64,000 nt of DNA from Malacoraja senta (lineage: Eukaryota), in assembly GCA_038087875.1 (NCBI GenBank), contig CM075988.1, positions 23,996,001 to 24,060,000 on the forward strand, read 5' to 3'. This document shows, piece after piece, positions 12,418-24,920 of the stretch. The position numbers and the translations under genes were made by a program. Position 1 is the stretch's first letter, and the number at the start of each line of letters is the position of its first letter. The notes beneath the pieces were generated by a model, which was not told the origin of the DNA, searched no databases, and saw only the letters and a list, made by a program, of their open reading frames with translations.

Positions 12418-13148
12418 TTTTCACAGAAAGGGTGTATGGAACAAGCTGTCAGAGGAGGTCGTTGAGGCAGGGACTATCCCAACGGTTAAGAAACAGCTAT
12501 ACAAGTACATGGATAGGACAAGTTTGGAGGGATATGGACCAGACGCAGGCAGGTGGGACTAGTGTGTGCAGTTTTGGTCCCCTAATTTGAGGAAGGACAT
12601 TCTTGCTATTGAGGGAGTGCAGCGTAGGTTTACAAGGTTAATTCCAGGGATGGCGGGACTGTCATATGCTGAGAGAATGGAGCAGCTGGGCTTGTACACT
12701 CTGGAGTTTAGAAGGATAGAAGGGGATCTCATTGAAACATATAAGATTGTGAAGGGTTTGGACACGCTAGAGGCAGGAAACATGTTCCCGATGTTGGGGG
12801 AGTCCAGAACCAGGGGCCACAGTTTAAGAATAAGGAGTAAGCCATTTAGAACGGAGACGAGGAAACACTTTTTCTCACAGAGAGTGGTGAGTCTGTGGAA
12901 TTCTCTGCCTCAGAGGGCGGTGGAGGCAGGTTCTCTGGATGCTTTCAAGAGAGAGCTAGATAGGGCTCTTAAAGATAGCGGAGTCAGGGGATATGGGGAG
13001 AAGGCAGGAGAATGACAGTGCTGGCTCGAAGGGCCGAATGGCCTACTCCTGCACCTATTGTCTAATGTCCATAGAGTAGCTGGGACATGTTAGCAGGAGT
13101 GGGCAAGTTGGGCCGAAGGGCCTGTTTCCACGCTGTATCACTCTATGA
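12418..13148 (+). mobile_element. CR1 3' fragment (12563-13070) nested inside another CR1 3' end
   Basis: Insert encodes [10 protein letters not shown]...GYGEKAG. The host text ggactagtgt...agctgggacatg resumes after it. Confidence 0.8.
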
Positions 13149-14627
13149 CCAAGTTGTTTATGTTTTATGGAGATGGACAGAGAGGGAATGTTGCCACAAT
13201 GGAACTGAGACTGACATTTTTTTTTCGTGTGTTGCTGTTGGATGAAATTCAGTTAATATCCGGGATGAACTGAACGCACGGGCATAATTCCCCTTTAATT
13301 ATTCTTCAGGAAAGATTGATTTGTGTAGATGCACCAGAAAGAATATTTCTCTTTGCTGCATGCATTTCAGAGAAGATTATGATCATTGTCCCATCATCTC
13401 CGAACGGATACAAAAGATTCATTTCCTCCAAAGACATCCACATATTCGCTGAGTGCTTTTCCCCATCACTGTTACACGCGAGTTGGCTTTCGAATTACAA
13501 TAAGAATATACAAACACTTTGAAAATAACATGAGCTAAAACATGAGCTGTTCGAGCCCCCAACACTCTTTGCCTCCATATTCCTGCAATATTCACATATC
13601 TTTTTTCATCCTTGGTCACAGAACCATTGAGAGACACAGGCCCTTCAGCCCATCCAGCCCATGCCGACCATTAAGCACCCATCCAGCATCCATTTTGTCC
13701 TAATTCAGCAGTAACCCATCCAGTTTCCAGCAAACTATTGATCTGTTTTGAATATCCTCAAGAAAACCATAGAAAACCTCTGAAGAGAATTCCAAATAAA
13801 CACCATCCCATGTTCAGATGGTGTCGTCCAATTCAAGCAGGAATAGATTCTCGGCAATCGTACGATCAAAGCCCTCGAGAATTTTCCATAAGGGTTTCTG
13901 GTTCACTTTAGGCTGGATCTGAAGGTGCTGGCCAAGGTGTGTGCTTTGGCTCCAGGGGTGAGAGATTCCAACTTCAAGATTAGATTGGAAACGGTGGGGG
14001 TTCCCATTGAGAGGAGACTTGGTAGAGATGCACAAGAACGTGAAGATAGACACAAAATGCTGGAGTAACTCAGCGAGACAGGCAGCTTCTCTGGAGAGAA
14101 GGAATGGGTGACGTTTCGGGTCGAGATCCTTCTTCAGGGTTATTGACCTAGATTGCAAAAAGTGGCCTTAAATCACTGCCTCTTGCCACACTTAGCTTTA
14201 CAACCCACCAACCAGAATGTGGACCATTAACCAATTCTCAAAGAGCCAGAATCCTACATCCTAACCTTGTGTGTTGCACCTTGGTGGATGCCTTGTGAGA
14301 ATCCACATGCACTGCCAGTCTTGGTCTCCTTTCATTTATTGCTACTAACAAAGCCAACATCTTTAACATCTTTGTCAACTATGATCTCGCTTACAACACA
14401 CACTTCAAAGGCTTCCTCTTTGTCCTGAAGGCTGTACAGAATTCCCTTCTACATATTCAACACTGCACCCAATGTGTCACACTGGGCTTTGATGTACCCT
14501 TTGTGGCTCTCTAGTCTGGTGGAGTCCAGTCTCTGTTCCTCTGTGTCCAGCCGGTTCCCGAGCAAGCCTTCTTTGTGTTTCATTCATCACGAACCTCCCT
14601 CCTCACCGTATATTATGGACACAGAGA

Positions 14628-14872
14628 TGTTTAAGAAGGAACTGCAGATGCTGGAAAATCGAAGGTAGACAAAAGTGCTGGAGAAACTCAGCGGGTGCAG
14701 CAGCATCTATGGAGCGAAGGAAATAGGCAACGTTTCGGCCCGAAACCCTTCCGGGTTTCGTCCCGAAACGTTGCCTATTTCCTTCAGGGTTTCGTCCCGA
14801 AACGTTGCCTATTTCCTTCGCTCCATAGATGCTGCTGCACCCGCTGATTTTCTCCAGCACTTTTGTCTACCT
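14628..14872. mobile_element. Penelope terminal-repeat remnant in inverted (hairpin) arrangement
   Basis: Arms ggtagacaaaagtgctggagaaa.../...tttctccagcacttttgtctacc, flanked by the direct repeat atgga(c/t)acagagat. Confidence 0.75.
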
Positions 14873-15564
14873 ATGGATACAGAGATACTGCGCAGAAACA
14901 GGCCCTTCGGCCCACCGAATCCGCACCGGCCAGTGATCCACACACACTAACACTATCCTGCACACTGGGGACAATGTACAATCTTTATAGGAGCCAATGA
15001 ACCTCTTTGGAGTGTAGAAGGAAACCGGAGCACCTGGAGAAAACCCACGCGGTCCCGGAGAGAATGTACAAAGCCCATACAGACAGCGCCCGTAATCAGG
15101 ATCGAACTGTGTCACTGTGCTACCTTTTCTTATCAATATCCAGCAGTTCCCTTATACCCGCTGATTAGATAGTTTAAAATTGCCATCCTCAGAATAAAAG
15201 GACGTACCTTTAGAAAGGAGATGAGGAGGAATTTCTTTAGTCAGAGGGTGGTGAATCTGTGGGATTCATTGCCATAGACAGCTGTGGAGGCCAACAGATA
15301 TTTTTAAGGCAGAGATAGATAGATTCTTGATTAGTACGGGTGTCGGGGGTTATGGGGAGAAGGTAGAAGAATGGGGTTGAGAAGGAAAGATAGATCAGCC
15401 ATGATTGAATGGCGGAGTAGACTTGATGGGGGCAAATGGCCTAATTCTGCTCCTAGAACATGGAGTTAGGAGCAAGCGACCATCCAATGGTGAATGACCA
15501 AGAAGCGCTGCCACAACTTGTGAGCAAGGTGATTGTACAACTCGCTGCCTTCATAAATTCAGAA

Positions 15565-16025
15565 GTGACCCGCGTGGGTTTTCTCTGGGTGCTCAGGTTT
15601 CCTCCCACACTCCAAAGACGTGCGGGTTTGTACCTTTACACAGAGAGTGGTGAATCTGTGGAATTCTCTGCCACAGAATGTAGTTGAGGCCAGTTCATTG
15701 GCTATATTTAAGAGGGAGTTGGATGTGGCCCTTGTGGCTAAAGGGATCAGGGGGTATGGAGAGAAGGCAGGTACAGGATACTGAGTTGGATGATCAGCCA
15801 TGATCATATTGAATGGCGGTGCAGGCTCGAAGGGCCAAATGGCCTACTCCTGCACCTATTTTCTATGTTTCTATGTTTCTATGTTATTTGGCTCCTGTAT
15901 AATTGTAAACGGTCCCCAGTGTGTTGTAGAATAGCGTGAGTGCGCGGGGGTCGCTGGTCGGCGTGGATTCGGTGCGTTGAAGCGCCCGTTTCCGCGCCGT
16001 ATCTGTAAACTAAACCGAACTAAAC
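15565..16025 (+). mobile_element. V-SINE fragment interrupted by a CR1/HER1 3' fragment (~15634-15883)
   Basis: The SINE V-domain stops at gtttgta and its 3' half resumes after the LINE (tctatgtt)3 tail. Confidence 0.75.
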
Positions 16026-16629
16026 CCCAAAGCTGCGAATCTAAAAAAAGAAGAGTTAAGTGGATACGGGAGTTTGATAATGATCCAGCAACATGTCATC
16101 CAGGCCCGGCAGCTGTTCTTGCTGCCAGTTAACAACTCCACCATGTATATTTTATGAGACATTTCCTTGTAGGCTGAACAGATGGGAGGTCAAAGATCGG
16201 GCAGTATTCAGATGAGCTCTGAAGTTAAGAACACTGAGTTTCCCGTTAGACGTCTTTGCAGATAATACTTGGAAAGGATTTTTTTTTTTTAAAGCATTCA
16301 TCATGTGGTTGAAGTCAACATGGAGCAGCTTTCCACTGCTGTTGGCTTGCCCTGATTTTGAAATAAAAAGCAGAACATTTTCCATAGGCAAGACAGTTAT
16401 TTTCCATGTGGACTGTACTTCTTCAGTGGTACATCTCCGCAGATCATCCAACTTGCAACGAGGAAGCTGACCACTCTGTTGTACTAACCCACGTTGATTA
16501 TTAACTAGCCACGTGAGTTTTCTGCTAGCCACCTTCATCTAATCCATTTGCATATTCTTCCGTTCCACCCTCCCATTGAGTATTCAACGCCCTTCGTCCA
16601 CTCGTGGAATTCGCTCTGCATGTACATCA

Positions 16630-17062
16630 GTTCTCGGAGCAGAATTAGGCCATTCAGCCCATCAAGTCTACTTCGCCATTCAATCATGGATGATCTATCT
16701 TTCCCTGTCAACAACATTCTCCTGCCTTCTCCCCATAAACCCTGACACTTCCCAATCAAGAATCCATCGATCTCCGCCTTAAAAATATCCACTGACTTGG
16801 CCTCCACAGCCATCTGTGGCAATGAATTCCACAGATTCACCACCCTCTGACTGATGAAATTCCACCTCATCTCCTTTCTGAAGGTACGTCCATTTAATCT
16901 GAGGCTATGACCTCTAGTCTGAGACGCTCCCACTAGTGGAAACATCCTCTCCACATCCACTCTCTATCCAGGCCTTTAACTATTCAGTAAGTTTCAAAGA
17001 GGTCCCACCTCATCCTTCTAAATCCCAGCGAGTACAGGCCCAATGCCGTCAAACACTCATCT
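16630..17062 (-). mobile_element. CR1/HER1 3' fragment
   Basis: ORF MDVERMFPLVG...QRVVNLWNSLPQ. Confidence 0.85.
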
Positions 17063-17186
17063 TAATGAATTCCATGCTCTCACTACTCTGGGGAAAAATA
17101 ATCTCCTCACTGTCCACCCTACCAAGACCATCTGAAACGCCACAACCAGGATACACTCAGACATCCCATTTTCTAGAGCAATGGAA

Positions 17187-17497
17187 CCCAGGAGTCCAGA
17201 ACCAGGGGCCACAGTTTAAGAATAAGGGGTAAGCCATTTAGAACGGAGATATGAAACTTTTTCTCACAGAGAGTTGTGAGTCTGTGGAATTCTCTGCCTC
17301 AGAGGACGGTGGAGGCAGGTTCTCTGGATACTTTCAAGAGAGAGCTAGATAGGGCTCTTAAAAATAGCGGAGTCAGGGGATATGGGGAGAAGGCAGGAAC
17401 GGGGTACTGATTGGGGATGATCAGCCATGATCACATTGAATGGCGGTGATGGCTCGAAGGGCCAAATGGCCTACTCCTGCACCTATTGTCTATTGTC
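17187..17497 (+). mobile_element. CR1/HER1 3' fragment
   Basis: ESRTRGHSLRI... with a (tctattg) tail. Confidence 0.85.
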
Positions 17498-18005
17498 CAG
17501 ATTTTCCTGACTGTTCCAAACTCTCGATTCTGATATCATCTTTGTCGGTAACGATGACTTGATGAAGAGAGAGAGAGAGACAGAGAGATCAGAGAGAGAT
17601 CAGAGACTAAACAGGTTGAAGGTAGACAAAAGTGCTGGAGAAACTCAGCGGGTGCAGCAGCATCTATGGAGCGAAGGAAATAGGCAACGTTTCGGGCCGA
17701 AACCCTTCTTCAGACACGTTTCGGGCCGAAACCCTTCTTCAGACAGGTTGAAGTGATCCTCTAATGTTTCAATCATCTGCTCACTCTCTGTCCCCTGATC
17801 CTGATGCTGTTTTTCAGCGAGTAATTGCCAGACTCCTCCACTGACATGTAACAGTAAACCACAAGGAGATCTCCTCATGATTCGGAGCACCAGTGATGGG
17901 TTGGAACAGGACCATTCCATCTAATGGCCATGCAACTTGGAAACAGGCGCTTCGGCCCAACTTGCCCACAACGGCCAACTTGTCTCAGCTACACTAGTCC
18001 CACCT

Positions 18006-18305
18006 TTAGTTTAGTTGAGTTTAGTGTTACCGCGTGGAAACTGGCCCTTCGGCCCACCACGCCCGCACCGACCAGCGATCCCCGTTCACCAGCACTGCCC
18101 TACACACACCGGGGACCATTTATAATTTTACTGAAGCCAATTGACCTACAAACCTGCACGTCTTTGGAGTGTGGGAGGAAACCGGAGCACCTGGAGAAAA
18201 CCCACACGGTCACAGGGAGAACGTACAAACTCCGTACAGACAGGATCGATCATGGGTCTCTGGGGCTGTAAGGCAGCAACTCTACCGCTGCGCCACCGTG
18301 CCACC
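18006..18305 (-). mobile_element. HE1-type V-SINE
   Basis: Same head, V-domain and tail as 2718-3014. Confidence 0.85.
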
Positions 18306-18384
18306 CACGGACTTCTTTAACCTTACTGTGATGCACTCCTTTCATGTCCTCAACCACTTAAGTTCAGATTTGCTATAATTCTTT

Positions 18385-18645
18385 CAATAGACAATAGGCA
18401 ATAGGTGCAGGAGTAGGCCATTCGGCCCTTCGAGCCAGCACCGCCATTCAATGTGATCATGGCTGATCATCCCCAATCAGTACCCCGTTCCTGCCTTCTC
18501 CCCATATCCCCTGACTCCGCTATTTTTAAGAGCCCTATCTAGCTCTCTCTTGAAAGCATCCAGAGAACCTGCCTCCACCGCCCTCTGAGGCAGAGAATTC
18601 CACAGACTCACCACTCTCTGTGAGAAAAAGCGTTTCCTCGTCTCC
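18385..18645 (-). mobile_element. CR1/HER1 3' fragment
   Basis: Reverse complement of the 17187-17497 type. Confidence 0.85.
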
Positions 18646-19319
18646 CTGGACTCGTCCTAACCTACCCTTAAAGGTTGCTCAAGGTGGAGTATAAAGAGTC
18701 CACATCCATTTTAGTGCACGAAATCTACCAATAGGCAGTGGACTAAATCACGCTGAATGAGAACAAGAAACCTCGAGGGCAAATGTCCTTTGGGGAATAA
18801 AGGTCACCTTTGCCTCTGTATGAATAAATCCAGCCGGGCCTTGCTGAGAATGCAATGATATTTCAAAATAGATCAAAATAAATCTTATCTTTCTCTGCTG
18901 TGACTCATCTCCGTGATTTGGACTCGAGGCTAGTCAACTAGGTATATGGATTGTTGGGCAATTTGGCAGCAGACAATTTGAAGATGTCATTGATTCACTT
19001 TGCAGTAAGCCATGCACAATGCAGCTTGGTTGGATCAGCAACAATGGAGAACGTTGAACATTCATTACCGACAGACACACAGACACAGAATCAACGGATG
19101 CATAAAGGGTGTGAATTATCAATTATTGGAACTGCTTTGTCTGATAAAATGGGAACATGCGCTACAAAGTCAGTTAGTGACGGAGCCATTCCACTGATGT
19201 GCGTTGCATGCATATTACATCAGTGATCATCAGATTACGTAGAGGAACGACGGAGGTGGGGGGGGGGGGGGTGGGGGGTGCAGAAGTGTACCTGGAGGTC
19301 AAAGGTCTGAGGGAAAGGC

Positions 19320-19478
19320 CTAGAGAGGCATGCTTAAACGTAAGTTAGGCTGGATAGTTGCGTACTCGACCAGGTCTCCTCCAGCGTGAATGGAGGTCCG
19401 AGGACTGGGATGTGAGGAGGCCAGAGCAGTGGTGTCGAGCTCGGCATATTGGATGTCATAGTCCTTGGCACCAGGAGG
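19320..19478 (-). CDS. NECTIN1: Alternative terminal cytoplasmic exon (phase 0): PPGAKDYDIQYAELDTTALASSHPSPRTSIHAGGDLVEYATIQPNLRLSMPL*, with two ITIM-like motifs
   Basis: Acceptor gccactctctag| at 19479-19480 follows a very long pyrimidine tract. There are 52 open codons to TAG, with IQYAEL and VEYATI motifs. Same strand as, and downstream of, the TM exon. Not in the supplied ORF track. Confidence 0.75.
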   Translation of the reverse strand, partial: PPGAKDYDIQYAELDTTALASSHPSPRTSIHAGGDLVEYATIQPNLRLSMPL

Positions 19479-19494
19479 CTAGAGAGTGGCGGGG

Positions 19495-19653
19495 GATGGG
19501 GAGAGAACGGGAGGGAGAGGGAGAGAGACAGAGGAGAGGGAGATAGAGAGGGAGATAGATAGTAGATAGATAGATAGAGGGAGAGAGAGGGAGAGGGAGA
19601 GAGGGAGAAGAGAGAGAGAGAGGGAGAGGGGAGGAGAGGGAGGAGAGAGAGGC

Positions 19654-19712
<59 letters not shown>

Positions 19713-19713
19713 T

Positions 19714-19746
<33 letters not shown>

Positions 19747-19762
19747 GGGAGAGGGAGAAATG

Positions 19763-19794
<32 letters not shown>

Positions 19795-19818
19795 GAGAGA
19801 GAGAGGGGGGGAGAGAGA

Positions 19819-19862
<44 letters not shown>

Positions 19863-19950
19863 GAGGGGGGAGAGAGAGAGGGAGAGAGAGTGAGAGGAGG
19901 GAACGAGAGAGAGAGAGAGTCAAGGCAAGAAACACGAGGAGGGAGGAGAC
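19495..19950. repeat. GA-rich purine tract (CT-rich on the gene strand)
   Basis: Read directly. It abuts the acceptor of the ITIM exon. Confidence 0.95.
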
Positions 19951-20510
19951 AGTAATAGAGAAAAAATATTAAAGAATAGAATTGATGCAGAATTTTTAAA
20001 AAGATTTCTGAAACAGTAAACTAATTAAATTACTACAACCAGAACTGGCAGAAGATAAGGTAAACAATATCCTCAGCTGAGAGTCACTGTCTCTGTAAAA
20101 CCCGTAAGATGATGACATTTATTGGTGACCATTTGGAAATGGGAAAGGACATCTGCAGCCGTTGCTGCTCAGCCCATCCTACACATGGACCAACCGCACC
20201 ATGCTTCGGTGCATCAAGCCCGCGGGGCCGACCCAATCTGGACTTTGAATAATGGCAGCAATAATGTGGCGGTACAAAACAAATTTCACTGCGCAGTTGT
20301 GTACGTGACAAAAACAATGCACTGCTGAACTGCTGAACTATTGAAAAACGCTTGGTTGTAATTCTTGTTATGGAAAGAAAATACTTAACCTGGTGAACTT
20401 CTCAACTTCAGATTATTCTGAGAACCTCTGCAAATAAAGATAGGCACTCGTAGAATAGTGGCCACACAGAACGTTCCCACGGGCGGCAGACAAATAAAGG
20501 ACTACATTAT

Positions 20511-20600
20511 ATGTTGTATACCTTCCACCAATGTGAAGCACTTTGGCCAACGAGAGTTGTTTTTGAAATGTGCTATAGAAATAAAGTGACTTGACTTGAT
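20511..20600 (+). mobile_element. L2-like LINE 3' tail
   Basis: tgtgaagcactttgg...tgtgctatagaaataaag(tgact)n. Longer inverted copy at 24589-24920. Confidence 0.65.
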
Positions 20601-20946
20601 TTCTGTTTAGTGCAAGGATTAATATTGAGGAGGAGGTGAGGAGGTTTACATATTCTGTTCTTCTGTGAGTGAGAATCTCATTGTTCTATCTGGGCCACAT
20701 ATGACAATAAAACACTCTTGGCTCTCTTGATCTCATACATCTCCAGCTAGCGTGTAGGCCCAACCAGTTGTTTAGAAGGCCGACAGCATTTTGTCCGATG
20801 TTACCAAGGGATTGGAGCTGGAAATTAGGGAGGCTTTGTTAACATTGGAGAAGATTTTTGTCGCAGGCTCACCAAAGCACTGCCTGCAGTTCTGGCCCAC
20901 TTACCTGAAAAAGGGGATCTTGTCATATTGGAGGCATCCAAATAGA

Positions 20947-21252
20947 TTTAGTTTGGTTCAGTTGAGAGATACAGCGCGGAAACAGGCCCTTCGGCCCACT
21001 GAGTCCGTGCCGACCGTCGATCACCTCCACTAAACACTACCCTACCCTGCACACATGAGGGACAATTTTACATTCATGCCAAGCCAATTAACCTACAAAC
21101 CTGTACGTCTTTGGAGTGTAGGAGGAAACCAAAGATCTCGCAAGTCACGGGGAGAACGTGCAACTCCGTACAGACAGCACCCGCGGTCAGGATTGAACCC
21201 GGGTCTCTGGCGCTGTGAGGCAGCAACTCTGCCGCTGCGCCACCGTGCCACC
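20947..21252 (-). mobile_element. HE1-type V-SINE inserted in an old CR1 fragment
   Basis: SINE consensus match, with degenerate CR1 coding text on both sides (CLQFWP..., EFRSMR...). Confidence 0.8.
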
Positions 21253-21479
21253 CTGAGTGACTCGGCTAATTCCTGGGGTGAGTGGGATGTCCTATCAAGA
21301 GAGGCCGGGCAGTTTGATCCATATTCCGTAGAGTTCAGAAGTATGAGGGTGACCTTATTCAAACATGTAAGATTCTATGTGTAGGAAGGAACTGCAGATG
21401 CTGGTTTACACCGAAGATAGACACAAAATGCTGGATTAACTCAGCTGATAGCTAATATTTCTGTGGTTATGTTATCGAG

Positions 21480-23766
21480 TCGTAGTCATACAGCGTGGAA
21501 ACAGTCCCTTCGGCCCACTTGCCCACCCGACCAACCAACATGTCCCATCCACACTAGTCGCACCTGCTTGCGTTTGGCCCATATCCCTCTAAACCTGTCC
21601 GATCCATGTACCTGTCCAAATGTTTCTTAAACTTTGCGATAGTTCCTGCCTCAACTACCTCCTCTGGCAACTCGTTCCTTACACCCACCACCCCTTTGTG
21701 TGAAAAAACGTTACCCCTCAGATTCCCATTAAATCTTTTCCCCCATGTCCTCTGGTTCTCGATTCCCCTACTCTGGGCAAGAAACTCTGTGTATTTACCT
21801 GATCTATTCCTCTCATGATTTTGTACAAAGGCTGTACGATCACCCCTCATCCCCCTGCGCTCCACGGAATGGAGTTCCTTGCCCAACCATTTCCTGTAGC
21901 TCAGACCCTCGAGTCCTGGCAACATCCTCGTAAATCTTCTCTGCACCCCTTTCCAGCTTGACAACATCATTCTTATAACACGGTGCCCAAAACTGACCAC
22001 AATATTCTAATGTGCCTCGCCAACTAATTAAACAACTGCAACATGACCACCCAACTTCTATACTCAATACTCTGACTGATGAAGGCCAAAGTGCCCAAAT
22101 CCTTTTTGACCACTGCATCCACCTGCAATGCCATTTTCAAGGAAAATTATTGTTGATAACTAATATTTCTGTCGTTATGTTGGACATCATTTTACTGTGC
22201 TCAGGACTGACAGCCCGATTTAAGGCTCAGAAACACAGAAACATAGAAACACAGGTGCAGGAGTTGGCCATTCGGCCCTTCGAGCCTGCACCGCCATTCA
22301 AGATGATTATGCTGATCATCCAAATTCACTACCCCGTTCCTGCCTTCTCCCCCATATCCCTTGATTCCGTTGGCCCTAAGAGCTAAATCTGACTCTCTCT
22401 TGAAAACATCCAGTGAATTGGCCCCACTGCCTTCTGTGGCAGAGAATTCCACAGATTCACAACTCTCTGGGTAAAGAAGTTTTTCCTCATCTCAGTCCTA
22501 AATGGCCTACCCCTTATTCTTAAACTGTGTGACCCTGGTTCTGGACTCCCCAGACATCGGAAACATTTTTCCTGCATCTAGCCCTGTCCAATCCTTTAAG
22601 AATGTTATATTTTGATGTCTCTCTTTTTCCTAACACTGTGACAGTACATAGTTTGACACCTCCTTCAGCATCCAGTGAGCACTTAGTAACATCAATAATT
22701 GATCAACTTCCAACCCAATAACCATTCGAGCGTGAACCTGTCAACATATTTTTGTTAAGATGTTTAGAGCAGCACCTGCAAATCAACATAGAAACATATA
22801 AAACTATAACAGGACTGGACAAGCTAGATGCAGGAAAAATGTTCTCAATGTTGGGGCGAGTCCAGAACCAGAGGCCACGGTCTTAGAATAAAGGGGAGGC
22901 CATTTAAGACTGAGGTAAGAAAAAAACGTTTTCACCCAGAGAGTTGTGAATTTGTGGAATTCCCTGCCACAGAGGGCAGTGGAGGCCAAATCACTGGATG
23001 GATTTAAGAGAGAGTTAGATAGAGCTCTAGGGGCTAGTGGAGTCAAGGGATATGGGGAGAAGGCAGGCACGGGTTATTGATTGGGGACGATCAGCCATGA
23101 TCACAATGAATGGCAGTGCTGGCTCGAAGGGCCGAATGGCCACCTCTTGCACCTATTTTCTATGTTTCTACGTTTCTATGAATTGAGTTGTCTAAATAAG
23201 CAGCAAACGTGGCCACTTGGCCAACACAATCTTTGTACTCTCGTCTCCCTTCCATTTCTCCATTGCCCCACAACCCCTCCCTCTTGGAGCATCTACCCAG
23301 CTCTCTTTTGGAAGTTAGCGTTGATCCTATTCCAACCTCCCTTACAGGCTGTCAATAGACAATAGGCAATAGGTGCAGGAGTAGGCCATTTGGCCCTTCG
23401 AGCCAGCACCGCCATTCAATGTGATCATGGCTGATCATCCCCAATCAGTACCCCGTTCCTGCCTTCTCCCCCATATCCCCTGATTCCGCTATTTTTTTAA
23501 GAGCCCTATCTAGCTCTCTCTTGAAAGCATCCAGAGAACCTGCCTCCACCGCCCTCTGAGGCAGAGAATTCCACAGACTCACCACTCTCTGTGAGAAAAA
23601 GGTGTTTCCTCGTCTCCGTTCCGAATGGCTTACTCCTTATTCTTAAACTGTGGCCCCTGGTTCTGGACTCCCCCAACATCGGGAACATGTTTCCTGCCTC
23701 TAGTGTGTCCAAGCCCTTAACAATCTTATATGTTTCAATGAGATGCCCTCTCATCCTTCTAAACTC
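21480..23766. mobile_element. Cluster of CR1/HER1 3' fragments (21480-22145 -, 22229-22610 -, 22809-23180 +, 23353-23766 -)
   Basis: Each carries the RT C-terminal motifs (QRRFTR, ESRTRGH, NSLP) and a subfamily-specific tail. Confidence 0.85.
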
Positions 23767-23992
23767 CTGTTAAAAAAATCCGCATCTCCATTAAACTTTC
23801 CCCCTCTCACCTATGTCCCCCCTCTGGGTCGGACTTTTTTCTACCCTGGGAAAAAGGTTCTGACTGTCAACCCTGTCTATGTCTCTCTTAATTTTTGTAT
23901 AGAAACATAGAAATACATAGATGGCACTTCCATCAAATCTCCCCTCACCTCTGACACTGCAGAGATACGTTAAGCATGTCCGACCTCTCAAG

Positions 23993-24192
23993 NNNNNNNN
24001 NNNNNNNNNNNNNNNNNNNNNNNNNNNNNNNNNNNNNNNNNNNNNNNNNNNNNNNNNNNNNNNNNNNNNNNNNNNNNNNNNNNNNNNNNNNNNNNNNNNN
24101 NNNNNNNNNNNNNNNNNNNNNNNNNNNNNNNNNNNNNNNNNNNNNNNNNNNNNNNNNNNNNNNNNNNNNNNNNNNNNNNNNNNNNNNNNNNN
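23993..24192. other. Assembly gap (200 N)
   Basis: Run of N. Confidence 1.
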
Positions 24193-24588
24193 CTTTAACT
24201 CTATCTAACTGAGTTACGGAAAAAAAAACAAAAACGCCTCCGTGCGTGTGGTCACACACGTGACCAATCCTATTTGACCTCCGACCCGAACAAACATTGT
24301 CGGCGTAATGTAAAAATTTCACTTGATAAACTTCGAAAAAAATATGAATCATATATTCAGTACAATATACCTGTAATGCTTTCAGAATTAGAAGAGTTGT
24401 ATTCCACAATTTTCCATATTTTTGGGGGGCCACACACGTGACTAAGAATGTGCCTGCCCCGCGCATGGACTCCTTTTGTACCGAACATGATGCCAAGTTA
24501 AACTGATCTGATCTGCCTGTACATGATCCATATCCCCCTATTCCCCGCACTTCCATGCGCCTATTTAAAAGCCTCTTAGTCACTTTTG

Positions 24589-24920
24589 TCAAGTCAAGTC
24601 ACTTTTATTTCTATAGCACATTTAAAAAACAACTCTCGTTGACCAAAGTGCTTCACATTGGTGGAGGTAGTAACGTTATACAACAGTGGTTCATAGATTA
24701 AGTACATACATAAATACATACATATAGCCCTCCCTCAGAGGACGTCAAGAAAGGCTTGAGAGTAAAGATGAGTTTTAAGTCTCGGCTTAAAAGAGTCGAT
24801 GGAGGGGCAGTTCTGATGGGAAGAGGGATGCTGTTCCACAGTCTAGGAGCTGCAACCGCAAGGCGCGGTCGCCCCTGAGCTCATGCCTAGACCGCGGGAT
24901 GTTCAGTAACCCCAAGTCGG
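24589..24920 (-). mobile_element. L2-like LINE 3' fragment
   Basis: Starts with (tcaag)n cacttttatttctatagcacattt. Minus strand reads GDRAL..AAPRLWNSIPLPIRTAPS-like. Confidence 0.7.

Noticed and set aside
14700..14830. CRISPR-like short repeats containing GTTTC...GAAAC
   Set aside because: Eukaryotic context, no unique spacers and no cas genes. They are duplicated Penelope hammerhead stems.
20390..20427. 38-nt candidate bridging exon (GSQNNLKLRSSP) with a good acceptor
   Set aside because: It ends in phase 1 at a weak donor (gttaag), so it does not join the phase-0 terminal exons, and it has no nectin similarity.
23921..24592. ORFs spanning the N run
   Set aside because: Created by the assembly gap.
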